Assembly (NCBI GenBank): GCA_030704615.1 | Contig: CM060731.1 | Span: forward strand, 8,060,001 to 8,124,000 | Direction: 5' to 3' | From: Takakia lepidozioides | Lineage: Eukaryota; Plantae; Bryophyta | DNA length: 64,000 nucleotides | Part shown: piece after piece, positions 24,631 through 37,797 of the stretch | How the letters are laid out: every line of letters starts with the position of its first letter | Numbering within the stretch: position 1 is the stretch's first letter | Translations under genes and position numbers: made by a program | The notes under the pieces: generated by a model | Told to the model about the DNA's origin: nothing | The model's database searches: none | The model's input: the letters and a program-made list of their open reading frames with translations, nothing else

Positions 24631-25400
24631 AACTTTCATTTGCGTTCGTGTCCCAGCCTCGCAGTCCTGGAAAAGGGCAAAGGGGTCCATGCTGACATCA
24701 TTAAAGCTGGAATGGCACCAGATATGAGTCTGGAGACTGCCCTTGTTGGTCTCCTGGGGTGCACTGATCAGAGAAATATGATGTGGAAGAGACCCCCTGC
24801 ATCTATTTGACCAAATGCAACAGGAAGGCTTGAAGCTGTATGGTATCACCTTATAGCTGTTCCCTCTGCTTGTAACCATGTTGGCCTAGTGAATGAAGCC
24901 AGTCAGTGCTTTGCTTCCATGACTCGAGATCGTGGCCTTACTCCTACAGTTGAGCATTTTGGCTGCAGGCTGGCACAGGCCTTGAGAGTGCAAATGAATG
25001 TGACCCTGTCAGGCGTCACCCTTTCCCATATCATTTTGTCACAGACCCTAGAGGCCTCCCTACCACACCCATGCTTGGCATATCCTGTTATCCTTGTATT
25101 CCATGTAAACATATCTCGCTAAAGCATCTTATCAAACAATTGGCATGCGCATCCACCACATTTCCACAGTTTGCGTACATTGACAAGGGTGTTGAGTAGA
25201 AAGATGTTTGGCTTGATTTCACTATGGAGAATCTGGGCATGCACTTGCTTTCCCTCTGCTAGGCCTTGCATGCTCATGCACTCCAGCAAGATACACATGT
25301 AAGTACTGGAATCAGCCCAAATGCCCAGTTGGTTGTGCAGTGCCTCTTTCAGTCGTCCTGCCTTACGTAGTGCCTCACATCCCCACAATTGTCAGAAGAG
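24631..25400. pseudogene. PLS-class PPR pseudogene with an internal inversion
   Basis: Minus strand 25388-24961 reads GRLKEAL...DSSTYMCILLEC...AEGKQVHAQILHSEIKPNIFLLNTLV...TWNTRITGYAKHG...VTPDRVTFICTLKACASL, with a stop and frameshifts. Plus strand 24631-24966 reads LEKGKGVHADIIKAG... and ACNHVGLVNEASQCFASMTRDRGLTPTVEHFGC. Confidence 0.88.
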
Positions 25401-27379
25401 TTCTTTCTGAAGCCAGGCTGTTTGTTGATGACCTCACATTCCCATGTTTGACCATAATCTGGACATGATCACATTGTGCTCGACCTTGTAACATGGCGAC
25501 CAGGTCTGTTTTCAACCAACCCTCCCTCCATCCAGTGGGCCTCCAAGGCTGGTGATCTTGGACTTCTTGGACTTCTCTGTTAGAACCAGCAGGGGGCAGC
25601 TGAGCAGCTATATAGCTTCAACCACAGCCTGGCACAGCACCCACCATGCGCCAAGAAATTTTCAAATAACAGGGAACAGCCTGAGGAAATTATTTGCATG
25701 CCCTGATAAGAGAAAAGAATAATATGACAGTGGCAAGATCCCCTTTTGCAGCTTTTTCACAACAAAGAGCAAAAATGTCATTCATGAGTAACTGAACATG
25801 GAATCCAATCATACAAAAAAACCATTCATGCCAGCTTCAGTTATATGCTCTCCTTGCCAACATGTTTCACATCCTAGGTGAACATCTCGCCTTATCGAAC
25901 TTGTTCTGAGAAGTGTCAGAGCCGCTCTTTGTTTTTTATTGGCCTGCATGCAACATCAATGAAACACACATCCCTAACAGCTCCTACCTGTCTGAATCAC
26001 ACCCGACAGCGAATAGACATCTGCCCTTCCTCTCCATAGCTGCTTCTGAATCAAACATCATACGATTGCCATGCTGATGTCTTCCCTTATCCATAACTAT
26101 GAAAATCTTGGCTGGCACCACAGCAATGTGTGCCACATCTCTGCTAACCAATCCCTCCGCATTGAGATGAAACTGAGCTGATGGTTGCGCTTGGAACTTT
26201 GCAGCGGGATTTCAAAAGGTATGCACCAGCCCTGTCCTAACTCGATCCCAGACAGAAGACCTGATGGAAATTTCGCCCAACGGAGACGGTAGCTCACACG
26301 GGCTAATTGTTTATGGTGAGCCCCTCACCGAGGTAGTCTTTGTTCCCTCTTGTAGCACAAACAATGTCTGTAAGTGTTCTCTCTCCCTCCTCCCAACGAA
26401 TGGAAAGCAACGAGACATACGACAAGTTCAGATATCCCCCAGTGATATTGAAGGAACTGATGAAGCATACAAGGGTGTCGACTACACTCGTTTCACTACA
26501 CCCTTGCTTGAACATAGTTATCTCTTCAACCAGAATGGACATAGCTGCGGGGATGGGTCAAGGACAGGAAGTCGGATCGTAGAGTACAATACAAAACAAC
26601 ACGCAAAGAGTATGTCTACACCTCTGCTGCATGATGTAAGACGCTCACCGCAAGATCGAGACATGGTCTTGGGGCCCGGCCAGCAGCACGCTTCCCCCTC
26701 CTGAGCTCGCATGCTTCCGTCCCTGTCCCATGAGAGACACAATTTCCCCCACGCTCGGCTGCGACTACAAATCATTGGAATGTTTGGAATCAGATTGCAG
26801 CAGGGAATGGAGGCATCCGATCGGCTCCTGAAATCGATTGGGCAGGTCAGAGTAACTTGCTTGTAAGCGAATATGAGCTCTGCGGTCTTCCAGTCAGATG
26901 TACCAATGGTATACGTAGGGAATGTCCCTCTCGCCGACTGCTTACCTGGCAGAAACGGCGAGGGGAGGGGCATTCCCTCGCGTTAACGGATGACGAGGAT
27001 TATTATGTATGCACGCTTCTCCAGAATCGGCAGATATAAGTTCAAAATCCAGAACCGGCCGGACCTGCTGATTATGTAGGCAGAATCTGCTGGGCCTAGT
27101 AACACACTACACACCTATTCCGTGTTATAACCACCTATATAAAGACTCATCAAACTGCTGCACAGTTGCTTGCCAGTTCGCAGTTTGTAGAGTCGTCGTT
27201 CATCGTTCGTGTTCTATTTAACTAATTTAGCGAGATGATCTGCAATCGGAGCATTTCGATGGACCTCTCGTCCTGTGCAATGGTGAAGCTGAAGTGCTCG
27301 TTGTATATCGGTGAAACTCGAGAGTAAGCAAAAATGCCAAATGTTGAGATGGCAGCTTGCGAACAAAATGTGTTAGAAC

Positions 27380-27973
27380 CAGTGTTGGACTGGTATACCT
27401 GGTGGAATACAGGTATGAATATATATATTGAAGAACATACCGGGGGAGTATGGCTTTAGGATTCCCCGCACACATACCATGCCAGTCTGGGTATATGGAG
27501 GAATAGCATGGTCCCCATACCAGTATTGCGGTGAGTTCATGGCGAATGGAGGTAGGTATGAGTATATGTTAGTGCAGCTAGTTATACCCTGTACTGGTTA
27601 ATTCAAGGCTCCATGTTGCAATTTAGACTTCATTTACTGTTTCGTGCTACTTTGGGTTACCTTTGCCTAGTGTTTCACGGCTTGGATTAAAATTAGCTAT
27701 GTGCTAAATGATATTTATTTCTATGTATGGTGAGCTGTAGAAATACCATACCAGTGCTCATACCCCCCCCCCCCCCCAGTATCACTACAGAGAAAGGGCA
27801 ATACCAGTACCATACTCATATACAGCCCAAAGTACAACTACTCATACCAGATTCATACCCAAGTTGCTCATACCTGTATAGATACCTATACAGGCCTGGT
27901 ATGAAAAAGGGGTGGGACCCTTCATACCAGGACCAGTCTGGTATTAAAAAATGGACATACCAGTCCAACACTG
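27380..27973. mobile_element. Non-autonomous hAT element (MITE), 594 bp
   Basis: Perfect 17-bp TIR CAGTGTTGGACTGGTAT...ATACCAGTCCAACACTG, 8-bp TSD GTTAGAAC (27372-27379 and 27974-27981), and subterminal ATACC/GGTAT repeats. Confidence 0.95.
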
Positions 27974-29829
27974 GTTAGAACTCGACCCACCATCACAGTA
28001 GGTCAACTCTTCCTTGTATGTTCATCCTGATTCCTCTGGCCCTATCCTCCGTGCATCTAGTTTCATGGAGCATCTGAGGTCCAGATCTCTAAGTTTTTGT
28101 ATATTATAATATTCTGAGTATGTAGTCCTTTGCATTTTGTCTAACTACCTTGGCCGAAGAGCCAATTAGAATTTTTGAGATCAGAAATCAGCCATTAAGT
28201 TTGGACCATCCTTGGGCGGGACAGCTGGCTGGTAGTGGTTTGATTGATAAAATGTCGCATTCACCGAATTTTGAGAAGTAAAGAGACAACGTCGGTGCAC
28301 CTTCGTGTCATCCTTCTTTCCCATGCACAGGCTTTATTTCAAGATAGATATTCCAGACATCTTCCATAACAAGACCCATTTCATCAGAGGTGAGAAACAA
28401 ATCACTTGCAAAGTTAGCTCTCATGGCCTCTCCTTGAAACATGTGTTCAAATGCACGTAGAATGTCACATTGTTCCCAACTGGACACAATCATTTCTGTA
28501 TGACATACAACATGACACCAAGCCTCCCACAACCAAAGAGGTACCCACTCACGCATCTTGAATACATGTTTTTATTTTATTTTTTATTTTTATCTTGGAT
28601 ACCTGTTTCATTGTTTTGTATATTTTTATATTTTTGTCTTACGGTCACTATCTTTAGTTGCCTAATTTTAAAGATTTACACAAGATGCCTAATTTAGAAA
28701 ATTTTCTTGAAAGTGCCTAACTGCCAAATGGCCCCAAAAATAATTATTAGTCAGCCAAGTACCTAACCGGATATCCCACTACGGTACTAGAATCCAGCAT
28801 TGGAGCTCTACCCATTTCTACTTGTGTAGATGTGATACATATTTTTGTAGTGGCAAAACCAGTCAACAGAAAGATAAAAAGAAAAACATCTACCCCCCTG
28901 GATTGCATAGTTGTATCAAATGTGGTTGTGCTTGCACTCATAGACGCAGCTGCATTGATATGGTCATGCTGTCGATTCACCTCTTCGCTCTTGCGAACGT
29001 TTCACTTGATGTCTCTTGTGACTTTAGGTGTGCATGGAAAGCTTTGAGTTTCTATGTCGGTAGCAATGAACACCAACCATTAATCTATTTCATTCCATTT
29101 GTTTTTCTCCTAATTAATGTGGGAGCGTCGGGATGGGAGGAAGGCAGCCATTTCTCCCTTTTTCCAAAGTTTTTTGTGCATTTGGTTAAAATGTCCTTGT
29201 ATGAATCTCTAGGTTTCAGGATCTCCATGTGAAAATGTTGAATATTTTTTCAGGCTATGCATCTGGTAATGCAAGATTCCCCTCACATGGTTCTTCTTTT
29301 GCAGGCAAATTCTAGGAAATCCCCTCCTACATTATAAGGGAAATTCTCAAAACATCCGTGTGTATCTTATTTCAGGTTGCTCAATGATCGGCTTACATAC
29401 ACCACAATCAGACGAGAGAGCGGAACAAATAGTGCATTGTGACGTGAGGCCCTGCTACATGCGAAACTGTCATAGCATTTCTAGGGATCTAACTTACAAA
29501 TAAGCCGCATTGCATAGGGGTGCACCATGGGTAAGTGAGGTGGTGTGAGGAGTTAGGCTGGTTGTAGATGCTTTGCTAGCAGCCTCTACTCCGTTTCTGC
29601 ATGAAGGTTCCAGGTGACCGCACAACTCACTCCCTCGGGTTGTTTGAGCTCAATGAAGACGCATAGATGCAGATACTACCTTAGAAAGCTTCAAATGATC
29701 TTGACATTAATTTTAAGAAACAGCAACCGGTAGCAACCACTCTATAGGGTATAGAGAATTATTCACCCCAAACCTATCAAAACCTCAAAACTTTAGGGAC
29801 AATATTGTATCTTGCCTTCAGTCATCATC

Positions 29830-30110
29830 TGCTGGGACTATATCTACGGAAACATCATATTAATTTACATTTTTTTCTATATAGTTTGCAGTATCAAATA
29901 ACCAAACATTGATTTGCCGATTACTCAATTTGGTACTCTTCTTGGACTGAAGATTACTGGGAGAAGAATGCATGCTGGGACTATATCTGCGGAAATATCA
30001 GATTAATTTACACTTTTTCTATATTTGCAATATCAAATAACCAAACATTGATTTGCCGGTCACTCAATTTGGTATTCTTCTTGGACTGAAGATTACTGCA
30101 AGAAGAATGC
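29830..30110. repeat. Diverged tandem duplication, about 143-bp unit
   Basis: TGCTGGGACTATATCT...TTCTTGGACTGAAGATTACTG..AGAAGAATGC begins at 29830 and 29973. Confidence 0.9.
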
Positions 30111-30886
30111 TTGAAGAGGGAAAGAGAGTAGGCGCCTCGAACCTCTTACCATATTGTTCTCTATTTGGAATAGAGAGAGAGATATGGAATAAAATTGAGG
30201 GTAAAATGTTTGTGTCGATGAGAGGATCTACATATGTAGAAGACTAAAGCCGAAACTGTAACTTATGAGATAGTATTTTGATGGCTTTGAAAAAAGAGAC
30301 GGGATACAATATTATTATTATCCAACAGCCTTTGTTGTCTCTGATGCCGGTTCAATGCTACAAAGGCGGAACAAGACATTGACACAAAAGCCAAGTATTA
30401 AGAGTTTTGGCACTATCATCAATGTTAGCATTATCATATTTGTGATATATATATCTGTGTACTATTGAAATATATAAATTGAAACGTGCTCACCACAAAA
30501 CCAAAATAGTTTTTAGAAGTGTTGCAACGAATTATGTAAAGAAACAAAAGAACAAAAGAACCAAAAAAAAAAAAACACTCAAACTTGCTCTACTATCTTA
30601 CTTCTTCAGTATATTGGTAAATAAAATAGTATTAGAACAGCAATTCAGCTGAATAAAGACGTCGATGACATGGCTGACAATGATGCGGCACTATGGCACC
30701 CTATTCCTGCTCTACATTAAAACTAAGACCCCACTTAACAAGCTTTGTTGTGTAATAGTATTAGGAGTCAAGAATAAACATCCACTTCACCATAGGTTAG
30801 GCAATATTAGAGATCACCTCTTGTGAGTGTCTTGAAAAAAGCGTAAAGAATTTTTAGAAAATTTCCTTTGTATTTGAGTGTGCTTA

Positions 30887-33800
30887 AGGTAGTTACACCC
30901 AAATGTGAGCATTTAAGCAGTGGGGCCCACTCAAAGGGTGCAGTTACAACCAAAATTACACGAGAAAATTAGCAATTCAACAATGAGTTTGTGATATCAA
31001 TTGTAAAATTTTGGAATGAGTTGGCTAATTAATATGAATCATCAAAGTCTGTGTACACATCATCCCAAATCTGAGCGGTAGAGGGGGCTATAAAGGACAA
31101 AAGTTGATACTAAAAAAGATTGTGCATGTGGCATGTCATGCACGAGTTATGCACCTAAACTTAACTCCATTGACAAGCTATCACAGCCCATAAAGACACC
31201 TCAAAGCCTGGCCCACTAAAGCAAAAGGGGTATCCTATGGTGTTGAAACCAATTAAAGTGTCTGACATTAATGAGGCTTGGTCAGCCCAAATTCAACTCC
31301 AAAATGTGTCAAACTGAAATTCGTCTCAATGAAAATGTGAGCAGGCGGAGAGGTAATATAAATTTGCCCATGGTGTCGCTCACACCAAGTCCTTCCCTAA
31401 TCTGTCATTTTGTGCACCCAGGTATCTCCTCGATTGGCCGACAACAGCTCTCGTCCTCCCGCCATTTTCATGGTAGTCTTCTTATGTGTTGCTCCTCCTT
31501 CCCACCACCATGGCCCGCTGCTACAAACCTTTTACTCCATTGCAGGTGGTCCCACTCTTGATTGATGCGCCCATGGGGGAGAGATGAGGGTGAAACTGCT
31601 ACTGTCTTCACCACGCTACTTGGCCCGACGTTTGGCTATGGCCATTTTTTAATTGTGCTTGCACACCGCTGGAGCCCACCCGCAGAAAGGGGGGACCCGT
31701 GCACCTGGTGGAGATGGAATGTTGTTTTTAATGGCTGCATGTAGTTTATCTCCTGCCTCTGCACAGGCCTTCGCTGACCAACGCATGTCGAAGGCTTTCT
31801 TGGCCTGACGTTCCTCAACGCGGGCCCGCTTAGCCTCAGCTTGAGTGGTTTTTTTTTCTACACTTTGGTTTTGGCTGCAAGGGCCTCCTCTTTCTTCCGC
31901 TCACGAGCTTTAATGGCCTCCTCTTTTAGTCTAGTTTTTTGTTCCAGAGATGCTAAGTATACATCTGATGTCATGATTATTGACTTGCTATAATCTACGA
32001 TGGGATCGTTGGCATTCAATCTGACCCTCCTGTTTGTATGTGCAGGTGCCTCTGATAGCGTAAGGAAGCGCAAGATTGAGCTTGGCCTTGGCAGGGATGG
32101 CTGGCCCACCACCAGCGAGGAGTCATCGTCGACCTCCAGGGCTCCTGACTCGCCCCCACTGCCTCCTCTTCATCGTCGCCGACGTCATTGGGCTGATCTT
32201 GGTCGTCCCCATCGTCAACCACCACAAAGTAGTGTGTTGGTCTTCGGTTGTATCCGACACACAAGTACCCAATATCTCTTCCACGTGCAGCTCTGAAACC
32301 AGGTCTTCTTCCTCTGGTTCTGGAGTGGTAGGATGCATGGGGTCTGTGCAGGTCTGCTCTTCTGTTTGGTTTGAGAAACACTCAGATGGGCCCATTTTCC
32401 CCACCATAGCTTCAGAATTGAGTGGCGAAATGCATGTAGTCTTGAACCCCTTTGCAATGTTGTGGGGGGTCAGTTCCTTCTTCAAGGCACGTGAGACCCA
32501 TTGGGCCAGATCTTCCTTGAGAGCTCCTCTACCCTTGTGAGCTATGTTCCACATATCTCCGTACTTCCGGAAAGCTGTCTTGAATGGCTTGAACACAACC
32601 ACATCAAGAGGCTAGAGTGCATGGGAAGTGCGGGAAGGAAGTGTAATCACGTCCAGTCCTACTGATCTAGCTTATTTGACAACATCTATAGTGACATGCG
32701 AGTTATGACCATCCAAGATTAGCAAGTGCCTATTTGTGACCGAGATGTCATTGCCCATTGCCTTTGCTGACTCCAAGAAATGTGAGATCCATTTGTGAAA
32801 TAATATTGATGTCATCCATGCCTTCCTTTGCATTGCCATTGTAGCACCAGATTCGCATTTGTGAATGTAATTACGACGAAATCTTTTACCTTTGAAAATG
32901 TAGAAGTTCGGAATATAACTTCCTGCAGCGTTCATGCAGGTGAGGACACTCAACCATTCGCGTTGATCTGGCGTTATCGAATGGACAGCTCTTGAACCAA
33001 CCTTGGCAAGCACAACAACACCTCCATTTCGCCCAGCTTTGGCCCCTGACTCGTTGGGCCCCATAGTTATGCTTGTTGTACATTTTTGTCAAGTTAGCAT
33101 AGAATGTTTGAACATTTTCAGGACATAGTCCCTTGACTCTTCCACTCTCAAGTCCTTGAGCTACTCTGAGACTTAGGTGTGGATGTCTAGACCTGAACCA
33201 TCTCACCCACCCCCAGCCAGGGATCCCTTGTGTGAAAGGTGTGAGCCGTTCTTGAGTAACTTCTGCTATCTTGAGACGGAGTTAGGTCAGTGTTAATGGG
33301 TGACCAATATCTTGCATTTTTTCAATGTACTTCACTAGTTCATCTTCCTCATTGGCATCTAGCATTCCCTTGTTACCTCTCTTCTTTGTCGTAGTAACTC
33401 CATACCAATGGTTTCGTAGACTAGTTGCAGGTACCCCAAACATCCGTGCCGCAGATCTGATGCCGTCCCCACGATCAACAGCTGACATGGCTCCTTGGAG
33501 CTGCACATCAGTCCAGTTCCCGTTTTTATGTGGACGTGGTCCTCTTCTTGGTCGCCCTCCCGTCCTAGCAAGAACGTCTTCATTACTCTCCACATTGAAA
33601 TTAGCTGGATCTGATGGTCTTTTTGTTGCATGTGTAGTTGTATCGATCATCACTTCAGGTGGAAACTCTTTTGCAGATCCATGACCAACTTGAAATTCAA
33701 CATTGGAATCCTGCCCTTGGCCCCATTGATAATATTGATCACTCTCGTCTTCACTTTGACTGCCCTCATTTGCTGCATGTTCACAACGAGTGCATGAATT

Positions 33801-33898
33801 GAATGCAGTGTCTCCATTTAAGGGGTGCATGAACCCACTTTATGGCCCAAAAATAGGGGTCCATTTCAAGACCCGCTCATATTTGGGTGTAACTACCT
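30887..33898 (-). mobile_element. pogo-type Tc1/mariner-group DNA transposon (3012 bp)
   Basis: 24-bp TIR AGGTAGTTACACCCAAATGTGAGC / GCTCATATTTGGGTGTAACTACCT (1 mismatch), TA on both sides (30885-30886 and 33899-33900), and internal transposase remnants. Confidence 0.95.
31858..33830 (-). pseudogene. Disrupted pogo transposase (psq-like HTH, CENP-B-like HTH, DDE_1), DD35D spacing
   Basis: WTDVQLQGAMSAVDRGDGIRSAARMFGVPATSLR; EEDELVKYIEKMQDIGHPLT; GWGWVRWFRSRHPHLSLR; LLILDGHNSH with 35 codons to the D of PLDVVVFKPFK. Stops at 33282, 32672 and 32612, plus a deletion/frameshift at the first catalytic Asp (about 33060). Confidence 0.92.
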
Positions 33899-34226
33899 TA
33901 TATGCGTAAAGGAACCCTCCTGAACCGTATCCTCTCACGAGTGCGTTACGGTCTATAACGCACCATGACAGTGGGTTACATTTTGTAATCGCATTCCAAG
34001 TGTATTTTCTTTTTCTCTTAGAAGAGTTTCTTTACCTGTGTAGAAAGATTTCTACACAAAGGACATGGAAAAGATAAAATGACCTGGTTGACAAAAATCT
34101 TGCCAGGTTGCAAAGTGGGAAGAGAAATTTTCTAAAATTTTCTTTACGCTGGATAAAACACTTGTGGCAAATCGCTCAAACAGGTGAAGCAGCTTGTAGG
34201 AATGCTTTACCCTACACATTATTGCC

Positions 34227-34316
34227 ACAGCTCATGCTTCTTTAACGATCCCCCTTATGGTTATGCCTCTGATGATAGGTGGATTTGGTAATCGGTTCGT
34301 TCCTATTCCCATAGGC
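34227..34316 (+). pseudogene. cox1: Nuclear copy of a mitochondrial cox1 fragment (NUMT), unedited state
   Basis: Translates TAHASLTIPLMVMPLMIGGFGNRFVPIPIG versus the conserved COX1 [30 protein letters not shown]. Six of the seven differences are correctable by C-to-U. Confidence 0.9.
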
Positions 34317-37300
34317 AATATTAAGAAGCTTAGGTTGACCCACAATGATGTATTAAGCCATTTTGGCCACTCAAGTGCAGATTTATTTGCCATATCTTTG
34401 CACACCCTGTTCCTACCTACCTCTGTATACACATGGAGTCCCACCATATGGCTTGCAAGTTCGACGTGGAATTCAACTACCTAGTGTAGAAGCTGTAAAA
34501 ATGTCACAACTCTTATCGACTTTTACACATGGCTGATCCAATGGACATGACATTAATAAAAAACAAGGTCTTCGGAAGCATTTCAATTTTGTTGTAAATG
34601 ATTTTATTTCCGCTTGGTACAAATCTATCATTTAATGGGTATAGGTACTACCGAACTAGGATAATGTTTGTCCCTGCAGCCAACAAGGCTTACAAAATTC
34701 AGAGGCGTCTATGGAGTACGTCCTTGCTGGGCATGTTGTCACCCTTTTGAATGTTTAAAAAAAATCCTGCCCTTTGTTGCTGTCCTGGGAGGCTCCCCAT
34801 GTCTGTTTTGCCTTACAGTATGGCCCTGTCAGGGTTATATCTTCCTTCTTTTCCCTTCTTAATTTGAGTGACAGGGCCTCCATCCTCTTTTATTTTAGAA
34901 AAAAAATTCAATACTCCCATCAGTTAGAAACTTAGTCCCATAATATGGATGCAATCCATCCATGGGGATCTCACAGCAGCCATCTGTTTTGGGGGGCTCA
35001 ACAACCAACAAGCCCTTTGAACGAAGGGCGACCCCAAGGCAGGCAACCCTAGACCCACAGCCGCATTCATAGCAGGCGGAGGACCCACTTTCACTCCCAC
35101 TTTGCAGGACAGACTCACAAGATCTCCGGATTTATTCCGATGCTATATCATGCTTTCTGCCTTGTAGTGGCCATAACTTTTTCCTCTTCCGGCCAATGCA
35201 GCTCAGTCAGGTGGCGTTGGAAAGTCCTCAATCTGGCCTACACTTCTCCCATTTGCAGCTTTTCAATTGCACCTAGATCAAGAAAGTTATGGCTGTGTTG
35301 GAAAAGGGGCGGGAATATCTTAGGATGTAGGTGATGCACCGCAAAGAAAGTTCATAGTTCAAGAAGGGCACAATAGAACAGCATCCCGCAAATTCATCTT
35401 TGTTCGGGGTCTGGTCGTCTTGTCTACAGCATTCATGGAAAATGTGACATGGAATGAGAATGTTCTCAAAGTGAAGGAATTGTTGCTCATTGCAGCGTGC
35501 CATACTTTTAGTAAAGAAAATGCTGGAAGAAACGTGTAGAGCATGAAGACCTGAACGTACCACGCTCATCAATGCTGGGCCTGAAGATCTCTGAATATCT
35601 AAGAGAGGTTACTGAGAGCATGACGGGCCACCTTTTGGTTGAAATCATCCCTGACCACATCAGATCCAAGAGCATTAGTATCGCTTTACATCTTACATAT
35701 CCAACTAGTACAGTATTAGCATTACGCACATTCGATAGCCTCACAAAGATCTCTCAGGCTTTCCCTGTCCTGGACTGGATCACTCTATCTAGGAGGTAGC
35801 AGCCAAGTTCGCAGAATGGCGAAAGCAGCAGCTCGATGAGTAACATAAAAAACGCAGGGCGGGTGCTTGTACAAGAGACAGAGGGACAGTCGTTGCAATT
35901 GTCGAGCGTTGCCCTCAGAGTCGCCGACACAATTGCTGAATCAGTGCCTCCGCTACTGTAGAATGTACACCGCAAAGTGCAAACACTCGTCCGTCCGCTC
36001 TTTCTAGCCTATCCCATAACTTGTGGGATTCCAGTGCTGCTCCGGGCTCCCCGGCAAAGCCCTGTAACACTGTTTGGACCATCAGACTATTCTGAATCTT
36101 CAATAAGGTACCTGTGCGTGTGACTAAGACACCCCACACTTGTATAAAGGATTCCTGTTTTGGTCGGTTGAAAAATCCACAGTGCGCATGCATTGAAGTG
36201 TCCAAATCCTAGCACGCAATTGCATCTGTATGTAGAGAATTCTTAGAGGAAATTTTTTGCGGGAGGGGTCAAATAAAATCAGTGTGTGCCAGGGTCAGTG
36301 TTCAACCATGTTCTCTGATGTTCTGGGCTATGACAAATCCAAGGACTGTACCAAACATACCTTCCACACACTGTAGTGGAGGGCAAGTTGGCATTGAATC
36401 TGACATTATCTATCGATGTGAGTGTGTAATTAGCTCTCTCTGCCTTCACACATGCACTCATAACGAGCAGCTGTCCCACACACTTTTAGTAGAAAACTAG
36501 ACGGGCGTGTTGCCGCCTGCTGCCACAACGACCCGAAAGAAGCGTGAGGAGAAACCGCCTTATTAGTTCCCACTGTACTGTAAACTTGTCACTGGCCACC
36601 GCCGAGCAATTGTCAGGTTTCTCACCTTCAGTTCGATTAAGAGGTACATGTCCAGCTCTCTGTAACCCGCACTGAATGACATCTAGCATGCAATCTCGTG
36701 ACCACATAGATTATAAGGGCAAAAATGATGAAGGTACACAGCTGCGGTGGGAAGGTCCCCGAATAGGGAAGGGTCAGACGAGCTTCACCAAATCAACGTG
36801 GACGTCGATGGTGGAACCGGACCGGCCGACGCCCTCCCGAAAGTCTGGCAAATTGTCGAACATGTGAATTAGGGACAAGTACCACTCCTTCATCTTCCTT
36901 CTCACATTACTTTTCCTCGCAGCTACACATTTCTCCTCTCAGATTTATTCACAAACATCAACGACAGTTTCACCCCAATTGCTCTGGGATAGTTGTTTTT
37001 AATTCGTCTAGAGAGAGAGACAGGTATACATGTTACAAGTTCCAACCGTTACAAGAATGTTCATTCTGCAGATGCCAGAGCGAACTTCATAAATCGACAT
37101 ACCCTCTCAGCTTCGGCCTGGCAATAGTCAGAAACTAAAGATTGTACAAACAACAACTATCTCTTTCCCTGTCAGGTTGGATAACACCTCCTAAGCATAG
37201 CGAACCTCAACCTTCCAAGCAAAACCATACTTTTTTGGACGAGGTTTTGAACATCATGATACAATCCATTAGCAGGAGAAACATCTATGGAGACCAATAC

Positions 37301-37797
37301 AGTATTTCAATCTTGGACAAGATCTTGGAGCATGCACATGGGAATCACCGGAAGACAAGATCACCTGAAAAGTGATGGGATATTTACTCTATACTCCCCG
37401 ACAGAGCATATACCATTACAAGTGCGTGTTCAGAGGCATTATACAGGGGAGAAATAATTCCCAGAGGCATAATATGACTTATGGAGACCTCAAACCTAAC
37501 AGAAGCCACTGCAGAGCACTTTCCTGCCAGCCTCTTGCCATGGATACTCGCAGGAAAATGTTAGATTGGATCTGTAATGTACATGGGAGGAAAAGACAGC
37601 TACTTCTCCACTTGCACCTTTTCAAGTACGAAGGTATTCAAGGGTCCACCGCTTGGAAAAAGTACAACGGTTTTGCCATGAAAATACATTCGGATGGCAA
37701 GTGGCTCATTTTGATACAAGGCTCATGTGACTGCTCTACATCTTCAAAACTTCCTGCTGCAAGATGTGACAATACAGCCAAAACAACAGGGAGGATC

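Noticed and set aside
28640-28735. Possible Mutator-type terminal repeat (GCCTAA subrepeats ending ...AAATGGCCC)
   Set aside because: No matching opposite end or TSD found in the window.
35350-36480. Coding-like stretch with several 60-99 aa ORFs
   Set aside because: No recognisable domain or consistent exon chain on either strand.
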